Positions 1 through 9,012 are shown, counted from the stretch's first letter. The stretch is DNA of 64,000 bases from an uncultured Nitrososphaerota archaeon (GCA_964618805.1 CAZUBM010000005.1:1-64000), one strand, 5' to 3'. Made by a program: numbers and translations. The notes: generated from the letters alone by a model not told the origin.

Positions 1-1
1 A

Positions 2-124
2 GTAAGACCAATGCCATCAGATAGATTCCTCATGATGATAAGATCTACAATGGGCTCGAGAACTAACGGTGAATTGATTGAAAGGTTGAAAGGGATGGCT
101 TCATGGATCGAAAGCAAGCTATGA
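2..124 (+). CDS. 3' end of an upstream gene (possibly the secretion/pilus ATPase), truncated by the window edge
   Basis: Open frame VRPMPSDRFL...SWIESKL* ends in TGA overlapping the ATG at 121 (ATGA coupling). Identity is guessed from context only. Confidence 0.4.
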   Translation, partial: VRPMPSDRFLMMIRSTMGSRTNGELIERLKGMASWIESKL

Positions 125-603
125 GGTTTATTCAGCTATTTTCTTTGGGACTGACGTGGAGCCCAGTCAAGGCAGTTGAATTGGTAGCTAAATCTGGACT
201 TAGCCCCTATTCCAGAGATATGAGAAGAATTCTCCTTGCTTCAGCTGTCGAAGGACATTCTCTTCAAGATGAATTAAACACTTTTTGTGAAAATCTGAGC
301 TATCGTCCATTAGCTATAGCAGTTAAGTCCCTTCTTCAGGGCGCGAGCTCTCAGGATATTGTTAATACGCTTAAGAATTTCATAAGGACTGAAATAGAGC
401 TGGAAAATAGAGAATTGGACCATAAAATGGCAATTAGGTTGTCGGCGGCCTTTCTAACAATGATGTTATTGGCCAGCGCCTCTGCATTGGGAACTATACC
501 CCCATCCCTTCTTAGTCCGATCTCCATATGTCTGCTTATGATCTCGATATTCAGATTTTTGGTCTGGAGGCTTGATCTATGGAAACTGCTTCAAAAACGG
601 TGA
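121..603 (+). CDS. TadB/T2SSF-like pilus platform membrane protein
   Basis: Helical soluble region followed by two C-terminal TM helices; paired with the next gene and a prepilin peptidase. ORF track start is 103; the ATGA overlap favours 121. Confidence 0.5.
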   Translation: MRFIQLFSLGLTWSPVKAVELVAKSGLSPYSRDMRRILLASAVEGHSLQDELNTFCENLSYRPLAIAVKSLLQGASSQDIVNTLKNFIRTEIELENRELDHKMAIRLSAAFLTMMLLASASALGTIPPSLLSPISICLLMISIFRFLVWRLDLWKLLQKR

Positions 604-1154
604 TAGTGGAGGCATTAGCGGATTCTCTGCAGTTTAACAGAAATCCAGTCGTAGCGCTCAAACAAATTGCTCTCTGGAATCCAGAGATCAGGGATCTTAT
701 CATGAGAGCAATTGCAGATAATGAAACCACAAGGCAGATCATGGAAGAGCTTAGAAACATCTTTGGAGACTATGGTCCTTGGATAGCGGATATCTTAACC
801 TCTGGAGCAGATCCTGTGTTTATAGGCAAGGTACTTAGGGATACTGCGTCCATAATGAGAGTAATGGACGAACTAGATGCTGAAAGAAGGGCACTTCTGC
901 GGAGCAGAAGGAATCTTACCAGATTTCTAATTGTAATATTGGGAGTTATGTCCGCAGCATTTTCTAAGATATCTGAGCTGCTCTGGTACATGATCCTTAG
1001 AAATCCCTACAATAGCTCCCTGCCTTTTGCGCTGATCGGAGCTGCCTTCACAATATTTATGGTTGAAGAGGTTAGAATGAGCCTTAAATGGCTAGTTTAC
1101 TATCTAATACCTTTTTTGCTCATGACCTTCTTTCTTGGCTACCTGTTCGGGTGA
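579..1154 (+). CDS. TadC/T2SSF-like pilus platform membrane protein
   Basis: T2SSF-like layout (ADILTSGAD...LRDTA, coiled segment, three TM helices). Confidence 0.5.
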   Translation: METASKTVIVEALADSLQFNRNPVVALKQIALWNPEIRDLIMRAIADNETTRQIMEELRNIFGDYGPWIADILTSGADPVFIGKVLRDTASIMRVMDELDAERRALLRSRRNLTRFLIVILGVMSAAFSKISELLWYMILRNPYNSSLPFALIGAAFTIFMVEEVRMSLKWLVYYLIPFLLMTFFLGYLFG

Positions 1155-1554
1155 TAGAGTGCTCCAACTAGTTATAGCTATGTTAGAAGCTTCATTGAGT
1201 TCATTCATAGACATAAAGACAGGAAAGATTCCCAACAAATGGAATTTATCGTTGTTTTTGCTAAATTCCGCAATTTCTTCGTTAGAAAGCCAATATTTCA
1301 CCATCATTGTTAGGATTTTAGCAGTCGTTCCTTTGGCTCTCGTTTTTTATAAGATTGGGTTTGGAGGAGGGGACTGTAAGCTTATAATTGCGATTTCTCC
1401 CCTTCTTTCTCCATTTGATCTTGGCATTATTTTGTTCATTTCTTGTATCCTTGCCTTAACCAGAGGAAAGGGACAGTTTCATTCCTACTACTTCATTTTT
1501 TCCTTTTACATTGTGCTATTTCCTAGGTTAATCAAGAAGTTGAAAGCTATTTGA
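1135..1554 (+). CDS. A24-family prepilin peptidase (short TadV/CpaA-like)
   Basis: Both catalytic Asp motifs present: FIDIKTGKIPN and GFGGGDCKL; hydrophobic. True start probably slightly downstream. Confidence 0.8.
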   Translation: MATCSGDRVLQLVIAMLEASLSSFIDIKTGKIPNKWNLSLFLLNSAISSLESQYFTIIVRILAVVPLALVFYKIGFGGGDCKLIIAISPLLSPFDLGIILFISCILALTRGKGQFHSYYFIFSFYIVLFPRLIKKLKAI

Positions 1555-1885
1555 TTTTAGCGGTTATCAGGGCAGATAATCCTCTAGATAGCCCTATCAT
1601 TACCAAACAAAATATAATCCACCACTTCAGATATTTTTGCAAGCTTTTTAAGTCCTCTAAGTCCAGAATCCAAAGTAAGACCCAAAAGAGAAGGAGAATT
1701 GGAACCAATGCTCCAAATATCTTGTCAATGACCTTGAGACCTTTGTTTATTTCAATGAGTAGACCCCTAAGAATCCTCCATAGGATGCTTAATAAGTCAT
1801 CAGATCTCAGAAATCCAACAGAAGCCGTTTGCGACTTTATATCGTGAAATAGTAGCGTAACCTTCATCTCATTGTTGCTGGCCAT
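1547..1885 (-). CDS. small two-TM membrane protein
   Basis: Two hydrophobic helices; last gene of the minus-strand cluster. Confidence 0.5.
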   Translation of the reverse strand: MASNNEMKVTLLFHDIKSQTASVGFLRSDDLLSILWRILRGLLIEINKGLKVIDKIFGALVPILLLFWVLLWILDLEDLKSLQKYLKWWIIFCLVMIGLSRGLSALITAKIK

Positions 1886-2853
1886 AATATCCTTCTCTCC
1901 CTTGGATTAAAGCTTGCCTTGGGTCTTTCTTGTGAGTCCTGAGTAAGTGTTCTCTTAGGAGCTTTCAGAAGCTTGCATATCATTCTTACTCGGAATTCAA
2001 AGTCATTCTTTAGATACCAGCCCTTCCTAAGGTTCCCGGCCCAATAAAGGACTTCTTTGTCCCAAACTTTCATGTGAAGTTTATATAATGCGCATAACTC
2101 CACTCTATCCCCATTTCTTGATATAGAAACCTTCTTTTCAATGCAGAATTCTATTTTTATTCCCTTAGAGGAATATTCTCTCTCTTTCGATAGGAAAATC
2201 CTACTTATTTCCTCATCAAAATTCGAAAGCATGGATTTAAGTAGAGATGCTGCAGCAGCAAAGTCATTTCTAGCGCCTACCATCATTACTTCGTTTTCAA
2301 ATAATTTCTCCAACTCTTCTTCTATTTCCACGTGAACTTCTTTTATAAGAAAGTATAGGCAAGGATGACATACTGAAATTGAGTAATCTCTCCTTGCAAT
2401 GGCCTCTGCAAATCCTCTACTTGAGATAATCAAGATGGATAAAGAGCTTTGTACCCCTATGGCCCCCGGTCTACATCTCCCAGCAAATGCTTTGTTTTGT
2501 CGTTCATTGGCGGAGAGAGATCTACCTAATTTTAGGGGTGTTACATTAGCATAAAGTCTTATTCCTCTGCTCTTAGATTCATTTTCAGCGAAAACCCTCC
2601 ACTCATCCGTGTTCATGATCGACGGAAGTTCAACCTCATCTACATCTTTTCCATAGTTATTGACAAGCCACTCATCAATTAGACACCTGATAAATGATAA
2701 GTACCTTGGTAGGGTTATTTCAGATTCCATCCAAGCGAAATTCTCCGCAAAAGCGGCATCGATAACCCTGCTATCTATTACATCTGTGTTTGGAACGAAG
2801 AGTATTGGGAGCATAAGGATCAATATTGAAATGATTGCTAGAATCTCTCTCAA
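1864..2853 (-). CDS. N-terminally anchored secreted protein (putative pilus accessory/adhesin)
   Basis: N-terminal TM, soluble domain with several Cys; overlapping operon layout. Confidence 0.55.
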   Translation of the reverse strand: MREILAIISILILMLPILFVPNTDVIDSRVIDAAFAENFAWMESEITLPRYLSFIRCLIDEWLVNNYGKDVDEVELPSIMNTDEWRVFAENESKSRGIRLYANVTPLKLGRSLSANERQNKAFAGRCRPGAIGVQSSLSILIISSRGFAEAIARRDYSISVCHPCLYFLIKEVHVEIEEELEKLFENEVMMVGARNDFAAAASLLKSMLSNFDEEISRIFLSKEREYSSKGIKIEFCIEKKVSISRNGDRVELCALYKLHMKVWDKEVLYWAGNLRKGWYLKNDFEFRVRMICKLLKAPKRTLTQDSQERPKASFNPRERRILWPATMR

Positions 2854-2859
2854 CGAGCA

Positions 2860-3132
2860 TCATCCCCTACATGAGATCTCTACACAGATCATGTTTGGCG
2901 ATCTTGGCACTGGAATACCAATTTTAATGCTTAAACCATGAGAACTAAGGTTCTCTCTATAACCACCTTCCCAAACGAGCCTAACTCCTTTGTTCCAAAA
3001 GAGTTCAACTGTTCTTAATGCGATGTTTTCCCTTTCCTTTACCGGCCAAAAGGGAACTACTCTGTTGATCGTTAGATTTATGGCTAAAAGAGATATTAGC
3101 ACGAGACCAACTAAGATGGCAATCATTCTCAT
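2860..3132 (-). CDS. small N-anchored protein (putative minor pilin)
   Basis: N-terminal TM plus short beta-rich domain; GGTGA SD upstream. Confidence 0.5.
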   Translation of the reverse strand: MRMIAILVGLVLISLLAINLTINRVVPFWPVKERENIALRTVELFWNKGVRLVWEGGYRENLSSHGLSIKIGIPVPRSPNMICVEISCRG

Positions 3133-3136
3133 TTTT

Positions 3137-3238
3137 TCACCCTATAGGCATGGGACGAGGATTATTTGCTAGAATAACAAGGATAAGAGCTGCTATAACG
3201 AGTAGAAACCATAACATGTCTTCAATCTCTTCATCCAT
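3137..3238 (-). CDS. 33-aa single-TM micro-protein MDEEIEDMLWFLLVIAALILVILANNPRPMPIG (not in ORF track)
   Basis: ATG overlaps the upstream stop, fills the gap exactly, and ends 4 nt before the next ATG. Confidence 0.6.
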   Translation of the reverse strand: MDEEIEDMLWFLLVIAALILVILANNPRPMPIG

Positions 3239-3584
3239 CCTGAAGCAGCCTCCTCTCGCTTGTGATTCTCAAACTCTTCCCTCCTTGAACTTCTCCCCTC
3301 AGATCGATTGGAAATCCGTCTAAAGTTACTTTGTAACCGTTCATTGAGAAGAGAGCTGAACCATTACCGAAGAATATCAAGGAATAATTCCCTGGTGGTA
3401 ATTCCAAAGTTATATCAACTTTATGATCAGCAGCTCTGTCGCTGAGAATTGCGATAGATGAAGCTAATCTCTGTCCGAAGTTCCTAACTCTTAGGCGTGT
3501 CAAGCTTGTGGACAAAGCAGTTGAGATAAGGAGTAGAGCTATGAATATCATGGTTCTTATCGCTTCCCTAACCTCTCTATTCAT
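3231..3584 (-). CDS. putative minor pilin-like protein
   Basis: N-terminal TM, amphipathic helix, LELPPGNYSL beta domain; ATGA coupling. Confidence 0.55.
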   Translation of the reverse strand: MNREVREAIRTMIFIALLLISTALSTSLTRLRVRNFGQRLASSIAILSDRAADHKVDITLELPPGNYSLIFFGNGSALFSMNGYKVTLDGFPIDLRGEVQGGKSLRITSERRLLQDG

Positions 3585-3958
3585 CCTTCAATCGCCAGTG
3601 AAACTCCATCTCCGGTCCAGACAGCTCTTATTTTAACCAATCCTTTTAGTGAAGTGTTTAGCGGAGATATCTCAAAAGGAAACTCTAAATCTGCCTTATA
3701 ATCACCGCAATTGGCGGAAATAACGCCTCCATTAATTGAGAGCTTGACCTGAAGCGGTGTGAACACAATTCCTTCCATAGAACCTCCGCCAACTACAGAG
3801 TTAACTAGATTGCTTATGGTGCTGAGGACGGAGTGAACACAGCTAGTTTCGATTCTTCTCTCAATATTTGAGATAAATGGGCGTATGCCATATAGGGTCG
3901 CCAATAAACTGCTTAGGCTTAATGCTGCAATTATCGCATAAGATATGATTTGATTCAA
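3581..3958 (-). CDS. putative minor pilin-like protein
   Basis: NQIISYAIIAALSL resembles a mature archaeal pilin N-terminus; Cys pair in head domain. Confidence 0.55.
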   Translation of the reverse strand: MNQIISYAIIAALSLSSLLATLYGIRPFISNIERRIETSCVHSVLSTISNLVNSVVGGGSMEGIVFTPLQVKLSINGGVISANCGDYKADLEFPFEISPLNTSLKGLVKIRAVWTGDGVSLAIEG

Positions 3959-4060
3959 TCCAGAAAAGGTGTTATGAAATGGGATATTTCTTAGGCAATT
4001 CTAGTAATAATTTTCAAAAGAGTTCTGTTAACTTCTTCCTATCTCGCAGAAGAGATTCTC

Positions 4061-4327
4061 GTGTCTTCAATCAAGATCAAAATGAGGATGCTTCTACCTT
4101 TCCTTAGACCTTCCAAAGAGAAATCAAGAGAGAGGCTGAGGAATTACTTAAAGTCGGCAATTTGCGAGATAAGAATATCAAATCCGATAGCTGAAGGAGC
4201 TGCGGAGGAATTGGCAAACCTCTTTCTGAAACTAATAGATGCAAACGAGATTGAGGCGGAAAAAATTGAGAGATTTCTCAATGGATTGATGGAAAGGGGA
4301 TCAGAGATTAAAGCTTATTCGTTATGA
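4061..4327 (+). CDS. hypothetical small helical protein
   Basis: ORF directly upstream of moaC with protein-like composition. Confidence 0.45.
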   Translation: MSSIKIKMRMLLPFLRPSKEKSRERLRNYLKSAICEIRISNPIAEGAAEELANLFLKLIDANEIEAEKIERFLNGLMERGSEIKAYSL

Positions 4328-4343
4328 ATAAGATTGCTATACG

Positions 4344-4787
4344 ATGGAGGTATGTGAATTGATTGACATATCACAAAAACGTGTTCAAAGGAGAAGAGCC
4401 AAGGCTACTGGGAAAATAATCCTAACAAATGAAAGTCTCTTAAGGATAAGGGAGCAAAGGGTTGAGAAGGGGGATGTTTTTCAAGTTGCGAGAGTGGCCG
4501 CTGTCATGGCAGTCAAAAGGACCCCTGAGATAATTCCTTATTGTCATCCGATTCCTATAGAGGATGTAAAGGTAAATTTCCGCCTCGGAGAAAACTTTGT
4601 GAGGGTTGATCTAGAGGTCAAGGCCTCTGCCAAAACAGGTGTGGAGATGGAGGCTTTAACTGGACTTACTGCTGGCCTTTTGGCCATATGGGACATGGTT
4701 AAGAAATATGAGAAAGATGAAGCTGGCCAATACCCCAGAACTTTCATAACAGATGTTAGGGTGGTTGAGAAGGTTAAGGAGGAATAG
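4344..4787 (+). CDS. moaC: cyclic pyranopterin monophosphate synthase MoaC
   Basis: KGDV, IPYCHP, TGVEMEAL, DMVK motifs. Confidence 0.97.
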   Translation: MEVCELIDISQKRVQRRRAKATGKIILTNESLLRIREQRVEKGDVFQVARVAAVMAVKRTPEIIPYCHPIPIEDVKVNFRLGENFVRVDLEVKASAKTGVEMEALTGLTAGLLAIWDMVKKYEKDEAGQYPRTFITDVRVVEKVKEE

Positions 4788-4836
4788 TAAAAATATTTAA
4801 TTGATTCTCCTACCAGCACGGAAGGGAGGTGCATTC

Positions 4837-5061
4837 ATGCCCAAGTATGAAATTGAACACGTTAGGGATGAATGTATAGGTTGTGGGGTCTGCGCTGGAC
4901 TCTGCCCAGATAACTGGGAAATGGCTGAGGACGGGAAATCAAATCCCTTAAACACGGAACTTGAAGATCTGGGCTGCAACATGGAAGCAGCTCAGTCATG
5001 TCCAGTGAATTGCATTCACATATATGAAATAAGTGATGGAGAGAGGAAACAGCTCATCTAA
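4837..5061 (+). CDS. monocluster [4Fe-4S] ferredoxin
   Basis: CIGCGVC...CP and AAQSCPVNCI; GGAGG SD before ATG 4837; T-rich tract after stop. Confidence 0.92.
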   Translation: MPKYEIEHVRDECIGCGVCAGLCPDNWEMAEDGKSNPLNTELEDLGCNMEAAQSCPVNCIHIYEISDGERKQLI

Positions 5062-5179
5062 TTTATCCCCTTTTTCTTCTTTTTCTTCGAATAAGAAAAA
5101 CTTGGAGCAGGATGATCCGGTTTATTTTTGAAATCCTGGCATGATCTAACTATAAGAAATGAAGAAGAGAGATTATGAA

Positions 5180-5242
5180 GCGCTCAGCGTGAGCTGGGTC
5201 TATCATCCAATTATCTAGTGATGCTCGCGCTCATCATTGCGC
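5180..5242 (-). ncRNA. box C/D guide sRNA (D guide to 23S, E. coli-equivalent A2577)
   Basis: Minus strand: gcgc-a-ATGATGA(C)...GGATGA(C')-tagacccagctcacg-CTGA(D)-gcgc. Terminal GCGC stem; guide complementary to conserved CGUGAGCUGGGU. Confidence 0.85.
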
Positions 5243-5263
5243 AATAAATTCTGCAGTTTTGTG

Positions 5264-5271
5264 TATATAAA
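5264..5271 (-). promoter_or_regulatory. TATA box for the C/D sRNA (may be shared with the divergent gene)
   Basis: TTTATATA on minus strand, 22-29 nt upstream of the sRNA 5' end. Confidence 0.55.
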
Positions 5272-5295
5272 GTACCGCTTGACAAGTTAGGTGAA

Positions 5296-5952
5296 TTGAG
5301 GGTAGTTGCATTCGTAGGCTCTAAGTCAAGAAATGTGTTTGAATATTTAGTTAACAACCCTCCAAATGTTAGGATCTATGCTCTTGTGGGAAATGGAACC
5401 ATACTTAAGAGCCTAGGCAGGATTAATGGACTTTTAGCTCTTTCTAGAGAGGAGACTTCAAGCATAGAAGATGGTCGATTTAATCCTACAGAGATCTTTC
5501 CATATCTTAGAAAGGGAGATTTCCTCTTAATGATTGGATTCTCAAGAGGACTTTTCCCCAAAGTTTTGGCTCCTGTTAAGGGCGAATCTCTAATTGATAC
5601 GAGTTTAGCAATAGCTCAGGTCGGGAATAATGGCCCAGAAGGGATTCAAGAGGTACCCTTAGCTGAGCTATGGAGTTTCCTTTTGAAAAGAGTTCCAGAG
5701 TATCCAGCACTCTTGAACTGCGGGTTATGTGGATTTGAAACGTGTAAGGAATATTTAAGACGAGCCGTTGAAGGAGAAGAAGTGAAATGCCTCTCTAATC
5801 ACACATTTGTGTCAGTTAATGGGAAAACTGTTGAAATGAATCCATTCATAATAAAGCAGCTTAGAGTCTTGATTAAGGCATATTTGAGCACACTTAAAGG
5901 CATAAACGTTAAGAAAATGAAAGAATTTCATATGAAGCTCGATTTTGATTAG
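5296..5952 (+). CDS. MobB-related protein with C-terminal Fe-S domain and degenerate P-loop
   Basis: LNCGLCGFETC...C plus VNGKTVEMNPFI, as in archaeal MobB C-termini. N-terminal VGSKSRNV lacks GKT. Near moaC. Confidence 0.65.
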   Translation: MRVVAFVGSKSRNVFEYLVNNPPNVRIYALVGNGTILKSLGRINGLLALSREETSSIEDGRFNPTEIFPYLRKGDFLLMIGFSRGLFPKVLAPVKGESLIDTSLAIAQVGNNGPEGIQEVPLAELWSFLLKRVPEYPALLNCGLCGFETCKEYLRRAVEGEEVKCLSNHTFVSVNGKTVEMNPFIIKQLRVLIKAYLSTLKGINVKKMKEFHMKLDFD

Positions 5953-6016
5953 AAGGAGAATTTTATAGCTGAGGAGCCCTTTAAACTAGAGCTTATAACA
6001 CCCATGGTGTGCATGA

Positions 6017-7555
6017 ATGACCTCGGTGGTCTTTGATTATTCTACGATTAAGGCAGAAGTTGGTCAGAGGCTATTAGCTCATCTGATAGATATCCTAGTT
6101 GCTGCTGCACTAACAGTCCCTTTCTTGGTCATATTTTCTTTAATTTTCCCTGACCTTTTGGGTCTTATGGCCGCTGGCAGCTTTTTTCTCATAACATACA
6201 TTTCTTACCTTTCCCTTATGGAAGGGACTCGATTCACCACAATTGGGAAGAAAATATTCGATATCTACGTTCTAAATCTGAGCCTTGAACCAATATCTCT
6301 GCGTCAAGCCTTGATTCGTAACGTTATGCGAATTGCTGACTCAATCTTCGTGTATCTTCCTCTGTTCAGCAGGGATGGAAGGAGGCTTGGAGATGGTGCC
6401 GCTGGTACTATTGTAGTTTCAGAGAAGGCTATAAGACCAAGAATTCCTAGTTTGTCACTATGTAAAAGAATCCTTAGAACCCCAGAAGGAGTTTTTACAA
6501 GGGAGAAAGCTCTTATAAAGGCATTCCTTTCCGAACTCGAGAAGGAGTCCGAACTGATAAGCGAGGATGCATTCAATGAGATCGAAGAGGCCCTCGGAAG
6601 GAAGTTAAAGGTTGACATAGAGTATATACACCACCTTGCCGCTGACACCTTTTTGCTGGAAGAGAACAAAATCAAAGCCGCATTACTTGCATTAGCTCTA
6701 ATGACAAGAACTGTTGTATTTAAAGAGGAAAAAGCCTTGAAAGTAGCTCAAGAAATATACAAAAGAGCTTCTGAAATGTGCCAAGAGTCGGGGATTAGAT
6801 CCCATTTTCAAATGAAAGCAAGAGGTTTAGAGAGCCTAATTGAAATAAAATCAGGTTTTCGCAATCATTTAGAGCTAAAAAACCTTCTTAAAACATATTC
6901 TTCCGTGATTCCAGTCCAATTCAGAGAAAACCTGCACTACTTTCTGTTTTCTGTTATTTTATTCACATCCGCAACATTCTTAGGCTACTATAAACTGGAA
7001 TGGCTGGCCGATTTTTTCAAGAAAGCTATTGTTCCGGCAGGAGAGACCATCGAAAAGCTTTCTCCAAGTGTGCTATTCCTAATGATTTTACTCAATAATG
7101 TGAGAGTAAGCATGGCGATGTGTGGAGGAGGTGCAAGCGTCTTCATAACTCCCATTTTGTTAATGATAAATGGGCTTATTGTTGGCAGTGTTGGCAAGGC
7201 CATGAGAGGATTGGGCAGATTCCTGCTATATTACACAGGTATCATTCCCCATGGATTTTTAGAGCTATCAGCTTTCTTTATGTCTTCTGCATCCGGACTG
7301 AGAGCTGCTAGATCAATTCTTTTCCCTTACCACGGCTTAAGCCGCTATGAATCCTTAAAGAAGGCTCTTGACACAAGTTTTGAGTTAGGACTTGGTTCTA
7401 TCCTGTTTCTGGTTCCAGCAGCAGTGATCGAATCATTTATAACAGAAAGATTGATCGGCAATCCTAAATACGCTACGTATGTAGGGGTGGGAGTTACTTC
7501 TTTGCTTTACATATACTTACTTCTGAGTGGAAGAAAGAGGAAGGACATGGGTTAG
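6017..7555 (+). CDS. RDD-domain / SpoIIM-domain fusion membrane protein
   Basis: RDD: RLLAHLID, TIGKKIF, RRLGDGAAGTIVV. SpoIIM: ILLNN, NG, IIPHGFLEL, AAVIESFIT. Confidence 0.85.
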   Translation: MTSVVFDYSTIKAEVGQRLLAHLIDILVAAALTVPFLVIFSLIFPDLLGLMAAGSFFLITYISYLSLMEGTRFTTIGKKIFDIYVLNLSLEPISLRQALIRNVMRIADSIFVYLPLFSRDGRRLGDGAAGTIVVSEKAIRPRIPSLSLCKRILRTPEGVFTREKALIKAFLSELEKESELISEDAFNEIEEALGRKLKVDIEYIHHLAADTFLLEENKIKAALLALALMTRTVVFKEEKALKVAQEIYKRASEMCQESGIRSHFQMKARGLESLIEIKSGFRNHLELKNLLKTYSSVIPVQFRENLHYFLFSVILFTSATFLGYYKLEWLADFFKKAIVPAGETIEKLSPSVLFLMILLNNVRVSMAMCGGGASVFITPILLMINGLIVGSVGKAMRGLGRFLLYYTGIIPHGFLELSAFFMSSASGLRAARSILFPYHGLSRYESLKKALDTSFELGLGSILFLVPAAVIESFITERLIGNPKYATYVGVGVTSLLYIYLLLSGRKRKDMG

Positions 7556-7626
7556 AAAATTTTTCTAATCGAGCTGTCAACAAGAAATATTAATTTTTGA
7601 GAAGGTATCACCGATCTTGGTGGCAA

Positions 7627-9012
7627 ATGGTTCTTCTTAAACGAACCAACGATGAATTAGTGAGCGATCTTAAAGAAGGAAAGATAACTGTCTCAGTTTA
7701 TGGTCTTGGGCACGTTGGTATACCTTTAACCATTGCTTGGCTATTAGCTGGTGCAAAGGTGATAGGAGTTGATATCGACGAAAATAAAGTGAGAGCAATA
7801 AATTCAGGAAGGAGCCCGATAAGAGAACCAGGAACGGAGGAGGCAATATCAAAATTCGTCTCTGAGGGCAAATTAAAGGCCATGACCGATGGAAGAGAGG
7901 CTTCACTTAAGTCTGAGGTCAAGCTCATAACCGTGCCTGTAGGTTTAGACAATAAGAAGCGCGCTGATCTTTCTTCTCTTAAAGCAGCTGCAATTTCGAT
8001 AGGAAAAGGTCTAAAGGAAGGAGATCTCGTTATATTGGAGAGCAGCGTTCCACCAGGAACAACAAGGGGCTTCTTGAAACCGATATTGGAAGAATTTAGT
8101 GGCTTACGGGCCGAAAAAGATTTTGGACTTGCTTATAGTCCAGAAAGAATAGCAGAAGGCAGGGCTATAAAGGACATAGTTGAAAATTATCCGAAAATCG
8201 TTGGTGGCATCGGATCTGAAAGCTCTAGAGTGGCTTCAGTCCTTTACTCTATTGTTGCCAAGAAAGGAGTAATTCTAATGAGCAATGATATCGCAGCAGA
8301 ACTAGAGAAGCTCATAGAGGGAATTTATAGAGATGTAAACATAGCCCTTGCAAATGAAGTAGCTAAGCTTTGCAGAGGCCTTGGACTAGATTTCGAGGAA
8401 GTTCGAATGGCTTCCAACAGCCAGCCTTACTGCCATCTGCATAAGGCAGGAGCTGGTGTTGGAGGCTATTGCATACCCGTTTATCCCTACTTTCTCATAA
8501 ATGTAGCTAAAGATCATGGTATAAGGTTAAAGTTGACCGAGACTGGTAGAGAAATCAATGAGAACATGCCAAAGGAAGTCGTTAAACTGATCTCTGACGG
8601 TATGAATAAGTTAGGATTGCGTAAGGAGGCTACCAAAATAACGCTTCTAGGATTGGCATTTAGAGGGGACATACCCGATACTAGGTTATCTCCTACCTAT
8701 GATATCGTTAAGGAGCTTTTTAGATGTAAGTTTGGTATGATAGTAGTTCACGATCCTGTAGTGGAACACGACGACGAACTCCTTAAGATGGGGGTTAAAC
8801 TAACACAAAACCTTGAAGAAGCCATAAGGGGAGCAGATATTATAGTACTCGTAACTGATCATAGCACTTACAAGAAACTAGGTGCTTCAAAACTTAGAAA
8901 GCTGTCAGGAAAGCCGATAGTGGTAATAGATGGAAGAAATATCCTAGAAGTCGATGCTAAAGCAGGTGATAGTCTATACGTCGGTATAGGGAGGCCGTGG
9001 ATGTCAATATGA
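7627..9012 (+). CDS. nucleotide-sugar dehydrogenase (WecC/WbpA family)
   Basis: GLGHVG, ESSVPPG, PERIAEG, GVGGYCIP catalytic Cys. ORF track start 7597. Confidence 0.92.
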   Translation: MVLLKRTNDELVSDLKEGKITVSVYGLGHVGIPLTIAWLLAGAKVIGVDIDENKVRAINSGRSPIREPGTEEAISKFVSEGKLKAMTDGREASLKSEVKLITVPVGLDNKKRADLSSLKAAAISIGKGLKEGDLVILESSVPPGTTRGFLKPILEEFSGLRAEKDFGLAYSPERIAEGRAIKDIVENYPKIVGGIGSESSRVASVLYSIVAKKGVILMSNDIAAELEKLIEGIYRDVNIALANEVAKLCRGLGLDFEEVRMASNSQPYCHLHKAGAGVGGYCIPVYPYFLINVAKDHGIRLKLTETGREINENMPKEVVKLISDGMNKLGLRKEATKITLLGLAFRGDIPDTRLSPTYDIVKELFRCKFGMIVVHDPVVEHDDELLKMGVKLTQNLEEAIRGADIIVLVTDHSTYKKLGASKLRKLSGKPIVVIDGRNILEVDAKAGDSLYVGIGRPWMSI

